Notes under the pieces: generated by a model
Databases searched by the model: none
What the model saw: the letters and a program-made list of their open reading frames with translations, nothing else
What the model was told of the DNA's origin: nothing
Shown here: in pieces, positions 17,001 through 26,169 of the stretch
Layout of the letters: every line of letters starts with the position of its first letter
Position numbering within the stretch: position 1 is the first letter of the stretch
Source of the DNA: an uncultured delta proteobacterium
GTDB lineage: Bacteria > Desulfobacterota > Desulfobacteria > Desulfobacterales > JAHEIW01
Length of the DNA: 64,000 nucleotides
NCBI GenBank assembly: GCA_963706575.1
Contig: CAVPNL010000006.1
Location: forward strand, 576,001-640,000
Direction of reading: 5' to 3'
Translations under genes and position numbers: made by a program

Positions 17001-19280
17001 ATGCCGAATAACCATGCAGCCAAAAAAATTGAAGTCAACGGCATTGTCCAGGGAGTCGGTTTTCGACCCTTTGTTTACAATCTTGCCAATCAGTATGGCT
17101 TAAAAGGCGAGGTGGCCAATACCGCTGCCGGGGTATCGATTCATATCGAAGGACCGCCGGAGTGCATCCGGGGCTTTGAAACAGACCTGACCGCAAAATG
17201 CCCGCCGCTGGCCCATGTGGTCGAAATAGCCGGTCGATCCGAACCGATAAAGCCCTATGCGGATTTCAGGATTGCGAAAAGCAGGGGCCAGGCCCAAATG
17301 TCCACCCTGATCTCACCGGATGTTTCAATTTGTGATGACTGCCTGCGGGAGCTTTTCGATCCCGCTGATCGGCGCTATCTGTATCCGTTTATTAATTGCA
17401 CCAACTGCGGACCGCGCTACACCATCATTGATGACATCCCCTATGACCGGCCCAAAACCTCCATGCGGCATTTTAAGATGTGCGCGGCCTGCCAGTCGGA
17501 ATACGATGACCCCACCAACCGGCGCTTTCATGCCCAGCCGAATGCCTGTGCCGAATGCGGACCGCATGTCCGCCTTTATTCAAATCGCCGGCAACCGATT
17601 GATACTGATAATCCCGTTAAAAATGCGGCCGATCTCATCCGCCGGGGGCAGATTGTTGCTGTCAAAGGGCTTGGCGGATATCACCTGGTGGCTGATGCCG
17701 AAAACAGCGAAGCGGTCATCCGGCTTCGCAACCGTAAGATGCGCGAAGAAAAGCCCTTTGCCATCATGTCCGCCGATCTGGAACGTATTCGAAAATATGC
17801 CCGGGTGCGGCCCGCGGAAGAGAATTTACTGACCTCTATGCAGCGCCCGATTGTATTGCTGCATAAAAAGACAGGCGGCTCCATTTCAGAAGCGGTGGCA
17901 CCCCGCAATAAATACTGGGGTGTAATGTTGCCTTATACGCCGCTGCACTACCTGCTTTTAAATCATGGGTTTGCCGCTCTCGTCATGACCAGCGCGAATC
18001 TGACTGACGAACCCATCGCCATTGATAATGAAGATGCCTTTGAACGCCTCGCCGATATTGCCGATTATTTTTTAGTTCACAACCGCGACATCTATTTGCG
18101 CAGTGATGATTCCATTGTCAGACATAGCGCAGATCATACACGCTATATTCGACGCTCACGGGGGTTTGTGCCGATCCCGCTGTTTTTAAAACGTGCGGTT
18201 CCACCGATTCTTGCCTGCGGCGCCGAGTTGAAAAATACGATCTGCATTACCAAAGATGACAAGGCCTTTTTGAGCCAGCATATCGGGGATCTTGAAAACA
18301 AAATCACGCTGGATTTTTTTCAGCTGACGGTGGACCATTTGCAGCGCATTCTCGAGATTCGGCCTGAAATAATCGCCTGTGATATGCATCCGGACTATCT
18401 GAGCACGCGCTTCGCCAGAGAACAGACAAAAACCCGCCTTATCGAAGTCCAGCACCACCATGCCCACATCGTTAGCTGTATGGCCGAACACCAGCTGGAA
18501 GGCGCGGTCATCGGTCTGTCATTTGACGGCACCGGCTACGGCAGCGACGGCGCCATCTGGGGGGGTGAAGTGCTGGTGGCCGAGGCCAAACAATTTGAAA
18601 GAGTCGCGCATCTGGCATATGTGCCCATGCCGGGCAGCGCCGCTGCCATAAAGGAGCCCTGGCGGATGGCGATCAGTTATCTGTATGATGCCTTCGGCGA
18701 CGCTTTTGGGGATCTGGGTCTTCCGGTCTTAAAACAAAATGATTCGCAAAAATTAAAAATCATGGTGGAAATGATTCAAAAGGGCATCAATTGCCCGCCG
18801 ACCTCGAGCCTGGGGCGCCTGTTTGATGGTGTGGCCGCCATCATCGGTATCCGCAACCAGGTGAATTTCGAAGGACAGGCGGCCATGGAATTGGAAATGC
18901 TGGCAGCGGGTGATACGGATTCAATTTATGACTTTGAATGGCTAACGGGAGATGGCATCCGGATTTTACCGGCACCCATTATTCGCGGCGTTGTACAGGA
19001 TGTTCAAAACGGGCTGTCAATTGCGCAAATCGGCATTAGATTTCACAAAACCCTGATAGCCCTTTTCAGCGAGATATGCGTGGCCGTTGGCCGGGACCAC
19101 GATTTGAATCGAGTCGTGTTAAGCGGGGGATGTTTTCAAAATTCCATCCTGTTAAGCGGCATGATCCATAAGCTGGCATCCCGTGATTTTGAGGTATTCG
19201 CTCACCGGCGGGTTCCCACCAATGACGGGGGCATATCACTTGGGCAAGCCCTCATTGCTGCAGCTATTGCGGAGCAATAG
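17001..19280 (+). CDS. hypF: Carbamoyltransferase HypF
   Basis: GIVQGVGFRP acylphosphatase domain, Zn-finger CxxC pairs, KGLGGYHL, QHHHAH, NDGGISLGQ. Confidence 0.97.
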   Translation: MPNNHAAKKIEVNGIVQGVGFRPFVYNLANQYGLKGEVANTAAGVSIHIEGPPECIRGFETDLTAKCPPLAHVVEIAGRSEPIKPYADFRIAKSRGQAQMSTLISPDVSICDDCLRELFDPADRRYLYPFINCTNCGPRYTIIDDIPYDRPKTSMRHFKMCAACQSEYDDPTNRRFHAQPNACAECGPHVRLYSNRRQPIDTDNPVKNAADLIRRGQIVAVKGLGGYHLVADAENSEAVIRLRNRKMREEKPFAIMSADLERIRKYARVRPAEENLLTSMQRPIVLLHKKTGGSISEAVAPRNKYWGVMLPYTPLHYLLLNHGFAALVMTSANLTDEPIAIDNEDAFERLADIADYFLVHNRDIYLRSDDSIVRHSADHTRYIRRSRGFVPIPLFLKRAVPPILACGAELKNTICITKDDKAFLSQHIGDLENKITLDFFQLTVDHLQRILEIRPEIIACDMHPDYLSTRFAREQTKTRLIEVQHHHAHIVSCMAEHQLEGAVIGLSFDGTGYGSDGAIWGGEVLVAEAKQFERVAHLAYVPMPGSAAAIKEPWRMAISYLYDAFGDAFGDLGLPVLKQNDSQKLKIMVEMIQKGINCPPTSSLGRLFDGVAAIIGIRNQVNFEGQAAMELEMLAAGDTDSIYDFEWLTGDGIRILPAPIIRGVVQDVQNGLSIAQIGIRFHKTLIALFSEICVAVGRDHDLNRVVLSGGCFQNSILLSGMIHKLASRDFEVFAHRRVPTNDGGISLGQALIAAAIAEQ

Positions 19281-19392
19281 CAGCAGGAGCCCGCAGGGCT
19301 GCTCTTGAAGCGCAGCGCTCCTATAGGCCTGCAAGGCCGCTCTTAAAGCGAAACGTTTTTACTGAGCGCTCAAATTTCCGGAGGAAATTTTT

Positions 19393-20484
19393 ATGACCCT
19401 AAAACACATCGATGAGTACCGAGATTCGGAGATATCTAAACAATTAATCGAAAAGATCAAATCCACCAGCAAAAAGGATCTCCGTTTGATGGAAGTTTGC
19501 GGTACGCATACGGTTTCCATTTTTAGAAGCGGGATCCGTTCGGTGTTGCCGCAGACCATTTCACTGCTTTCCGGACCGGGCTGCCCGGTGTGCGTGACCG
19601 ACCAGGCCGAGGTTGACGCCTTTATTGAGCTTGCGCGCATCGATGATGTGATTATTGCGACTTTTGGCGACTTAATGCGCGTGCCCGGCACCAAGTCTTC
19701 TCTGCAAAAGGAAAGTGCCGCAGGCCGGGATATCCGGGTGGTTTACTCAACTTTTGACGCCCTTGAAATCGCCAAGAAAAATCCCGCTAAAAAGGTCGTA
19801 TTTCTCGGTATCGGGTTTGAGACCACCGCTCCCACCATAGCGGCCGCCATTTTATCGGCCGCCCAGATGGACCTAAACAATTTTTCGGTGATTTCCGCTC
19901 ATAAATTGGTCCCCCCGGCGTTGCAGGCGCTGATGGCGTCGGAGGACGTCAGGATTGACGGCTTTATCTTGCCCGGCCATGTTTCAGTAATCATTGGATT
20001 GAACGCTTACCGGCCTTTTTTTGATCAACATCAAATCCCCTGTGTCGTTGCGGGGTTTGAGCCCATCGACATTTTGCAGGCCATATCCATGCTGGTTGAA
20101 ATGCTGGAATCCGGCAGCCCGGCCCTGGACAATGCCTATCCAAGAGCAGTGACACCCGAGGGGAATACCAAGGCGCAGCAAATCCTGGATGAGATTTTTG
20201 AACCGGCCGATGCCTGCTGGCGGGGCATCGGTGTGATTCCGCAAAGCGGCTTAAAGATTCGTGAAAAATATGCCGCCCATGACGCCCAAAAATTATTTGA
20301 TGTTCAGGTACCGGATGCCAAAACGCCGCAAGGCTGTGCCTGCGGTGAAATTCTCATCGGCACCAAAACACCACCGCAGTGCGCGCTATACAAAAAAGCC
20401 TGCACACCGATGGACCCGGTGGGGCCCTGCATGGTCTCAACCGAGGGAACGTGTGCGGCGTATTATAAGTATCACAGCGATTGA
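19393..20484 (+). CDS. hypD: Hydrogenase maturation protein HypD
   Basis: MEVCGTHT, GPGCPVC, GFETT, PGHVS, CMVSTEGTC. Confidence 0.97.
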   Translation: MTLKHIDEYRDSEISKQLIEKIKSTSKKDLRLMEVCGTHTVSIFRSGIRSVLPQTISLLSGPGCPVCVTDQAEVDAFIELARIDDVIIATFGDLMRVPGTKSSLQKESAAGRDIRVVYSTFDALEIAKKNPAKKVVFLGIGFETTAPTIAAAILSAAQMDLNNFSVISAHKLVPPALQALMASEDVRIDGFILPGHVSVIIGLNAYRPFFDQHQIPCVVAGFEPIDILQAISMLVEMLESGSPALDNAYPRAVTPEGNTKAQQILDEIFEPADACWRGIGVIPQSGLKIREKYAAHDAQKLFDVQVPDAKTPQGCACGEILIGTKTPPQCALYKKACTPMDPVGPCMVSTEGTCAAYYKYHSD

Positions 20485-20585
20485 ACAAAAAAGTAATGAG
20501 TGCTGAGGACTGGGCATTTAGGGCAACGCGTATAGGCATGGCGTATGGGGCATGGGGCATGGAGCAAGGCGCATAGGGTTCAGAA

Positions 20586-20683
20586 GTAGGGCCGGCCTCC
20601 GTGCCGGCCGAGAAACGGCGGCCACAGAGGGCCGCCCTACTTTCCCTCTCCCTTTGACGGGAGAGGGTCCAGGGTGAGGGTGA
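20586..20683. repeat. GTAG-type REP-like element (copy 2) and adjacent CCCTCTCCC/GGGAGAGGG hairpin repeat
   Basis: GTAGGGCCGGCCTCCGTGCC...GCCGCCCTAC followed by TCCCTCTCCCTTTGACGGGAGAGGG...GGGTGAGGGTGA. Confidence 0.7.
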
Positions 20684-20735
20684 ACTAAAAAAAAGAAAAC
20701 CACAGACAACGGACCACGAACGACGGGCAATTGAT

Positions 20736-21752
20736 ATGACAACAGATAAAATTTTACTGGATCACGGCAGCGGCGGCAAGATCTCCCATAGCCTCACCAA
20801 AGACATGATGCTGCCGGTATTTGATAACGACATACTGGCGGCGCTCAATGATGGGGCCATCTTTGAGCTGGCGGGCAGGCGGCTTGCTTTTTCAACCGAT
20901 TCATACACGGTGGATCCCATTTTTTTCCCGGGCGGAAATATCGGTGACCTGGCGATCAACGGAACGGTTAATGATATTGCCATGTGCGGGGCCATTCCGC
21001 TATATTTGAGCGTCGGACTCATTATTGAAGAAGGCCTGTCCATGACGGATCTTGAAACCATTATCAACGATATGGGCCGGGCTGCCGAAGCTGCGGGAGT
21101 TACTGTCGTTACCGGGGATACCAAGGTGGTCCCCAGAGGAACTGCCGACCGGATTTTTATCAATACCTCAGGGATCGGTTTGATTCCGCAAGACGTGCAT
21201 GTGGCCAGCGACAATGCCAGAGCCGGCGATAAAATTATTTTAAGTGGAACCATTGCCGATCACGGGATTACGATATTAACCCAGCGTGAAGGGCTTTCCT
21301 TTGAGACATCGCTGCAGAGCGATTCGGCACCCTTGAACCACATGATCAAAAAGATGTTTGCGGCCACTGCTGCCGGAGACATTCATGTTTTACGGGATCC
21401 GACCCGCGGTGGTGTCGGCACGGCGCTAAATGAGATCGCTGAAAAATCTGAAATCGGTATCGAGATCATTGAAGATAAAATTCCGCTAAAGGACGAGGTG
21501 GCGGGAGCCTGTGAATTGCTGGGGTTTGATCCCCTTTATCTGGCGAATGAAGGCAAGCTCCTGGCATTTGTGTCGCCCGATTGTACCGCTGCGGTTTTGA
21601 AAGCAATCCAATCCGACCCTTACGGCAAGGATGCCGCGGTTATCGGCCAGGTGGTAGATGATTCTCCCGGCAAGGTCTTTTTGAAAACACGCATCGGCGG
21701 CAAACGGATTGTGGATATGTTGGCGGGCGAGCAGCTCCCTCGAATCTGCTAA
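20736..21752 (+). CDS. hypE: Carbamoyl dehydratase HypE
   Basis: HGSGG, TDSYTVDPIFFPGG, RDPTRGG, C-terminal LPRIC. Confidence 0.97.
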   Translation: MTTDKILLDHGSGGKISHSLTKDMMLPVFDNDILAALNDGAIFELAGRRLAFSTDSYTVDPIFFPGGNIGDLAINGTVNDIAMCGAIPLYLSVGLIIEEGLSMTDLETIINDMGRAAEAAGVTVVTGDTKVVPRGTADRIFINTSGIGLIPQDVHVASDNARAGDKIILSGTIADHGITILTQREGLSFETSLQSDSAPLNHMIKKMFAATAAGDIHVLRDPTRGGVGTALNEIAEKSEIGIEIIEDKIPLKDEVAGACELLGFDPLYLANEGKLLAFVSPDCTAAVLKAIQSDPYGKDAAVIGQVVDDSPGKVFLKTRIGGKRIVDMLAGEQLPRIC

Positions 21753-21804
21753 AAGCAGCATAGCGCAAAGGGCATAGCGCATAGCGTCATGCGGTGTGAA
21801 CGCG

Positions 21805-22818
21805 ATGAATAAATTTTTATCCATTATTTTGGTGTTGGTGACTTTAGTACTTCCGACCTCCTCTGATGCTAACCGTGAGCACCTGATTGCGGGTCGGACG
21901 ATGGGCACGACCTATCACATTCAGGTGGTCACCGATGCCGCGGAAAAGGTTAATGGCCTCAAAGAAAAAATTGATCGTCGGTTGGATGCGATCAATCAGG
22001 TTTTTTCCACCTATATCAAGGACAGCGAAATCAGCCGCTTTAATGCATTCGGGGTGGCCGGAGAAAAATTTGCGGTTTCCGATGATTTTATGCAGGTCAT
22101 GCGGGCTGCCGGCAGGATTTACCGGCTTTCTGAAGGCGCCTGGGACGGCAGCGTGCACTCACTGGTTGATTTATGGGGCTTTGGGCCGACGCAACGGCAA
22201 CCCCAAAAGCCTCCGGCAGCTGAAATTAAAGCCCTGATGCAAACTATCGGATTTGACCGCATTCGAGTCGCGGAGCCGAATTTTCTGGTGAAGAATCTGG
22301 CCTCGGTTACCCTTGATCTAAATTCCATTGCCAAAGGTTTTGCGGTGGATCAGGTTTCCAAGCTGGCAGCCGCCGCCGGGTTTACAAATTATCTGGTTGA
22401 AATCGGCGGTGAGGTTTACGCCGCCGGTGTTCGTACCGACGGTCAAAATTGGCGGGTGGGCATCAATCGGCCGCAGAAAGATGCGGCTTTCAACGAGGTG
22501 TATAAAGCGGTATCGATTGCCAACCAGGCCTTTGCCACCAGCGGTGATTACAGGAATTTTTTCGAGATCGACGGTGTGCGCTACTCCCACGTGATTGACC
22601 CGCGCAGCGGCTACCCGGTTTCAAACGGCGTGGTCAGTGTTTCCGTTATTGCCGACAACTGCACCCTGGCGGACGGCCTGGCAACCGCCGTCATGGTCAT
22701 GGGAACTGAAAAAGGCATTCAACTGGTGAACCGGTTAGACAACGTCGAATGCTTCATCGTCGTTGAAAAATCAGACGGCCGCCTCCTCGATTTTTACTCC
22801 CCAGGGTTTGCCCGCTAG
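21805..22818 (+). CDS. apbE: FAD:protein FMN transferase (ApbE family)
   Basis: GRTMGTTY, LDLNSIAKGFAVD, VEIGGE, ATSGDYRN, HVIDP, ADGLATA; N-terminal signal peptide. Confidence 0.93.
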   Translation: MNKFLSIILVLVTLVLPTSSDANREHLIAGRTMGTTYHIQVVTDAAEKVNGLKEKIDRRLDAINQVFSTYIKDSEISRFNAFGVAGEKFAVSDDFMQVMRAAGRIYRLSEGAWDGSVHSLVDLWGFGPTQRQPQKPPAAEIKALMQTIGFDRIRVAEPNFLVKNLASVTLDLNSIAKGFAVDQVSKLAAAAGFTNYLVEIGGEVYAAGVRTDGQNWRVGINRPQKDAAFNEVYKAVSIANQAFATSGDYRNFFEIDGVRYSHVIDPRSGYPVSNGVVSVSVIADNCTLADGLATAVMVMGTEKGIQLVNRLDNVECFIVVEKSDGRLLDFYSPGFAR

Positions 22819-22937
22819 AATTAATTCCATTTTTTCGATTTGACATCATTCACTATTCGGAATATTACTGTATCTCAATTTTCTTCTCTTCCCTACATAT
22901 CGTCCTTGAGTTGCCATGACCGTATAGCTGTTGAACA

Positions 22938-25900
22938 TTGCGAAAGGGTATGACGATGCGCTTCTCTTTTAAGCAGATGTTGGAATGGACACTTCGCAAA
23001 CCTTTAGTTGTTATTTCGATCATCCTGGCAATTACGCTTTTTTTCGCATGGCAGATCCGCCATCTTTCCTTTAAAACCTCCATCTATGATCTTCAGATTG
23101 AAAATCTTCCTGAAACGGCCCGCTATGAGGATTTTAAAAAGCTGTTCGGCTCGGATGAGATTATCCGGGTGGTCGTCAAGGCTGAAAATGTTTTTGATTC
23201 GCTGACCTTTCGCAAAATCGAGCAGCTGGCTGAAAAGGCTGCTCAAATCGACGGCATCAGGCGGGTGATCAGTCTCCCGGGCATAAAGAAATCCGTGGAC
23301 GTAGCCGGCAGTTGGGATATGGAAAAATTTTCTGCCGTCGTCACCGGGGCCGATTTATTCCAGGACAACCTCTTTTCAGCCGACGGCAAGACCACAGCGC
23401 TCACCCTGGTGTTAAAAAATGAGGCCAATCCTGATGATGTGATTCAGCGTGTGCGAAAGTTGATCGCCGATACATCCAAAGATCTGACCCTGTATCAGAT
23501 CGGCATGCCACTGGTTTCAGAGGCGCTGGCCGAATTTACCGCCAAAGATTTCTCACGGTTACCGCCGATAACCCTTGTGCTGATTACGATTATCCTATTT
23601 TGCCTGTTCCGCAAGCTGCGCTATATCCTGATCCCGCTGACCTGTGTGGGGCTGGCGTTGATATGGACATTCGGTCTCATGGCGTTGCTGCGTGTCCCGC
23701 TTTCCATGTTAACGATGATAGTCCCGGTTTTTCTGATCGCAGTCGGGACGGCCTATTGTCTCCATATTGTTTCTGAGTACATTGCCTGCTCAAATCGAGC
23801 CGATTCACCTGCGGATGTGACCGCCCTCACGTTTTCCTATATCGCTTTTCCCACCGTTCTGGCTGTTTTGACGACCATTATTGGTCTGGGCTCTCTGCTG
23901 GTCAACCGCATTACCATGATTCGAGAGTTTGCCCTTTTTTCAAGCTTCGGCATGATCAGCATTTTGACGATCGTTCTTACGTTTCTTCCGGCGGTGTTAT
24001 CGCTTGTTCCTATTTCTTCCAAAAAGCAAAACGGCGACATTGGCTCACCACCGCTCTTCCAGCGATATATCGACAAAATCGTAGAGCTCAACTTAAAGCA
24101 TCAAAAGATTACCTTACCGGTTATCGGCGTTCTGGTTGTGATTTGTCTGATCGGCATCTTCCGCATCCGGGTCGAAACAAATCCTGTCGGATATTTCAAG
24201 GAGGACACACAGGTTAAACGCAACTTTAACGACATTTATCAACATCTATCAGGGAGCTTTCCGATCAATGTTGTGATGGGAAATCCGGAAGCCAACTATT
24301 TCGAAGATCCTGCCCATCTGGCGGAGATCGTTCGCCTGCAAGCTTTCCTGGAAAAGTTGCCCGGCGTGGATAAAACGGTCTCCTTTGCCGATTATTTGAA
24401 ACTGGTCAATTATGCCCTCAATCAATTTGAGCAACAGCATTATGTTCTGCCGCAGGAGGGATTTGAAGTCAGGATGGCCATTAATAATTTTACCACCATG
24501 CTCGGCCAGGACATGCTGACGCGCTTTATGAGTCCCGATTTTTCAAAGACAAACATCCTGCTGCTGACCCACATATCCAGCTCAAAAGATTTTGTTGGGG
24601 TCCGCGACGAAATATTGGCCCACGTCAAAGCGGAATTTTCAAAGGATCTGGTCTGGGATGTCACCGGCCTGGGGATGGCGATTTCCGCCAGCAGCGAGCT
24701 TTTAACCGCAGGTCAGATCAAAAGCCTTGCGATTACGGTGGCGTTGGTCTTTGGAATCATGTTTGCCTTGTTTTTGTCGGTCAAAGTGGGGCTGATTGCG
24801 ATCGTTCCCAATATTTTTCCAATCATTATTAATTTCGGAATCATGGGCTGGTTCGGCATAGAGCTTTCCATGGTAACCAGCCTTATTGCCAGTATCGCTA
24901 TCGGACTGGCCGTGGATGATACCATTCATTACCTGGTGCGCTATAACCGGGAATTTAAGACGGACTTAGATGAAAAACGGGCGATCCGAGCCACACTGAC
25001 CCATGTTGGCAAACCGATTACTTTTACCACGATTACCATTTGTGTGGGGTTTTCCGTCCTGCTGTTTTCCAGTTTCAAGCCAACCGCCATTTTTGGTGTC
25101 ATGATGGTGATCACATCGTTGTCGGCGCTGATTGGCGATTTGATTGTGCTGCCATCCCTGATACAGCATGTCGAAGTGGTGACCCTGTGGGATTTGTTGC
25201 GCTTAAAGCTTGGCAAGGAGCCTCCCGAGGGCATACCGCTTTTTAAAGGCTTGTCGCACACTCAGGTTCATTACATCATTATGGCCGGATCACTTATCGA
25301 AATTGAAGCCGGCAAGATTCTGTTTCATAAAGGGGAGCCCAGCGATTCGATGTATGCCATCGTGTCCGGGACTCTTGATGTTCTGGATCCTGACAGTGAT
25401 GACGCATCCGATCGAGAGCTCGGTGGCCATAAACTCATCAATCAAATAAAAACCGGTGATGTTTTAGGTGAGATGGGCTTTCTGCGATCGGTGCCGCGGT
25501 CGGCAACCGTCATCGCAACCCAACCGGTTGAACTTTTAAAAATAAATTGGAAAATGATCAAACGCCTGCAGTGGCTGTATCCACCGACGGCCCAAAGATT
25601 TTTATTTAATCTGATGACCCTTATCTGTGACCGACTCGAAAACCTTACCGAACGCTTTTCTGAAATTAAAATTTTTGATGATTCCACCGGTTTGTATAAC
25701 AGAGAAAATTTCCTGAAAATTTTAGACTCCGAAATGAAGCGGTCACGGCGCTACCATACGGATTTGGCGCTCGGTTTCATGAAGTTTGAATTTGATGGCG
25801 CCAATCCGGATCTTAGCGATTTGGCAAAAGAGCGGATTCTTCGCGAGTTGGGTCAATCGTTTTCAAAGGCGATCCGCGACTGCGATACCCTGAGTCGATT

Positions 25901-26126
25901 CGACAATCAAACCTTTGCCCTGCTGATGCCGCATTCATCGACCGCTGATGCACAACTTCTTTGTAATCGGCTAAAAGGTCTTTTTGAAGAAAAATGCGAT
26001 GAGGCCCGGGGGATGCCGGTGAAACTAACCTTTGGGTTGGCCGATTTTGTAAGGGAGAAGGATGAAGGCGGGTCCGACTTGCTTGCCAGGGCCACGTCAC
26101 TTTTAAAAAATGCAGAAGAAGTATGA
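22938..26126 (+). CDS. MMPL/RND-family membrane protein fused to a cNMP-binding domain and a degenerate GGDEF domain
   Basis: Paralogue of 8017..10989 over the membrane part; then GEMGFLRSVPRSATV (cNMP), D.STGLYNR, and RDCD-x5-DNQTF in place of GGDEF; true start probably ATG 22950 or 22956. Confidence 0.88.
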   Translation: MRKGMTMRFSFKQMLEWTLRKPLVVISIILAITLFFAWQIRHLSFKTSIYDLQIENLPETARYEDFKKLFGSDEIIRVVVKAENVFDSLTFRKIEQLAEKAAQIDGIRRVISLPGIKKSVDVAGSWDMEKFSAVVTGADLFQDNLFSADGKTTALTLVLKNEANPDDVIQRVRKLIADTSKDLTLYQIGMPLVSEALAEFTAKDFSRLPPITLVLITIILFCLFRKLRYILIPLTCVGLALIWTFGLMALLRVPLSMLTMIVPVFLIAVGTAYCLHIVSEYIACSNRADSPADVTALTFSYIAFPTVLAVLTTIIGLGSLLVNRITMIREFALFSSFGMISILTIVLTFLPAVLSLVPISSKKQNGDIGSPPLFQRYIDKIVELNLKHQKITLPVIGVLVVICLIGIFRIRVETNPVGYFKEDTQVKRNFNDIYQHLSGSFPINVVMGNPEANYFEDPAHLAEIVRLQAFLEKLPGVDKTVSFADYLKLVNYALNQFEQQHYVLPQEGFEVRMAINNFTTMLGQDMLTRFMSPDFSKTNILLLTHISSSKDFVGVRDEILAHVKAEFSKDLVWDVTGLGMAISASSELLTAGQIKSLAITVALVFGIMFALFLSVKVGLIAIVPNIFPIIINFGIMGWFGIELSMVTSLIASIAIGLAVDDTIHYLVRYNREFKTDLDEKRAIRATLTHVGKPITFTTITICVGFSVLLFSSFKPTAIFGVMMVITSLSALIGDLIVLPSLIQHVEVVTLWDLLRLKLGKEPPEGIPLFKGLSHTQVHYIIMAGSLIEIEAGKILFHKGEPSDSMYAIVSGTLDVLDPDSDDASDRELGGHKLINQIKTGDVLGEMGFLRSVPRSATVIATQPVELLKINWKMIKRLQWLYPPTAQRFLFNLMTLICDRLENLTERFSEIKIFDDSTGLYNRENFLKILDSEMKRSRRYHTDLALGFMKFEFDGANPDLSDLAKERILRELGQSFSKAIRDCDTLSRFDNQTFALLMPHSSTADAQLLCNRLKGLFEEKCDEARGMPVKLTFGLADFVREKDEGGSDLLARATSLLKNAEEV

Positions 26127-26169
26127 CCCCCGGGTCTGATAAAGGGCTGGCGTTCCTTGGCGGCTCTAT

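Noticed and set aside
19285..19355. Two-unit direct repeat between hypF and hypD as a CRISPR remnant
   Set aside because: Only two degenerate units, no spacer structure, no cas genes in the window
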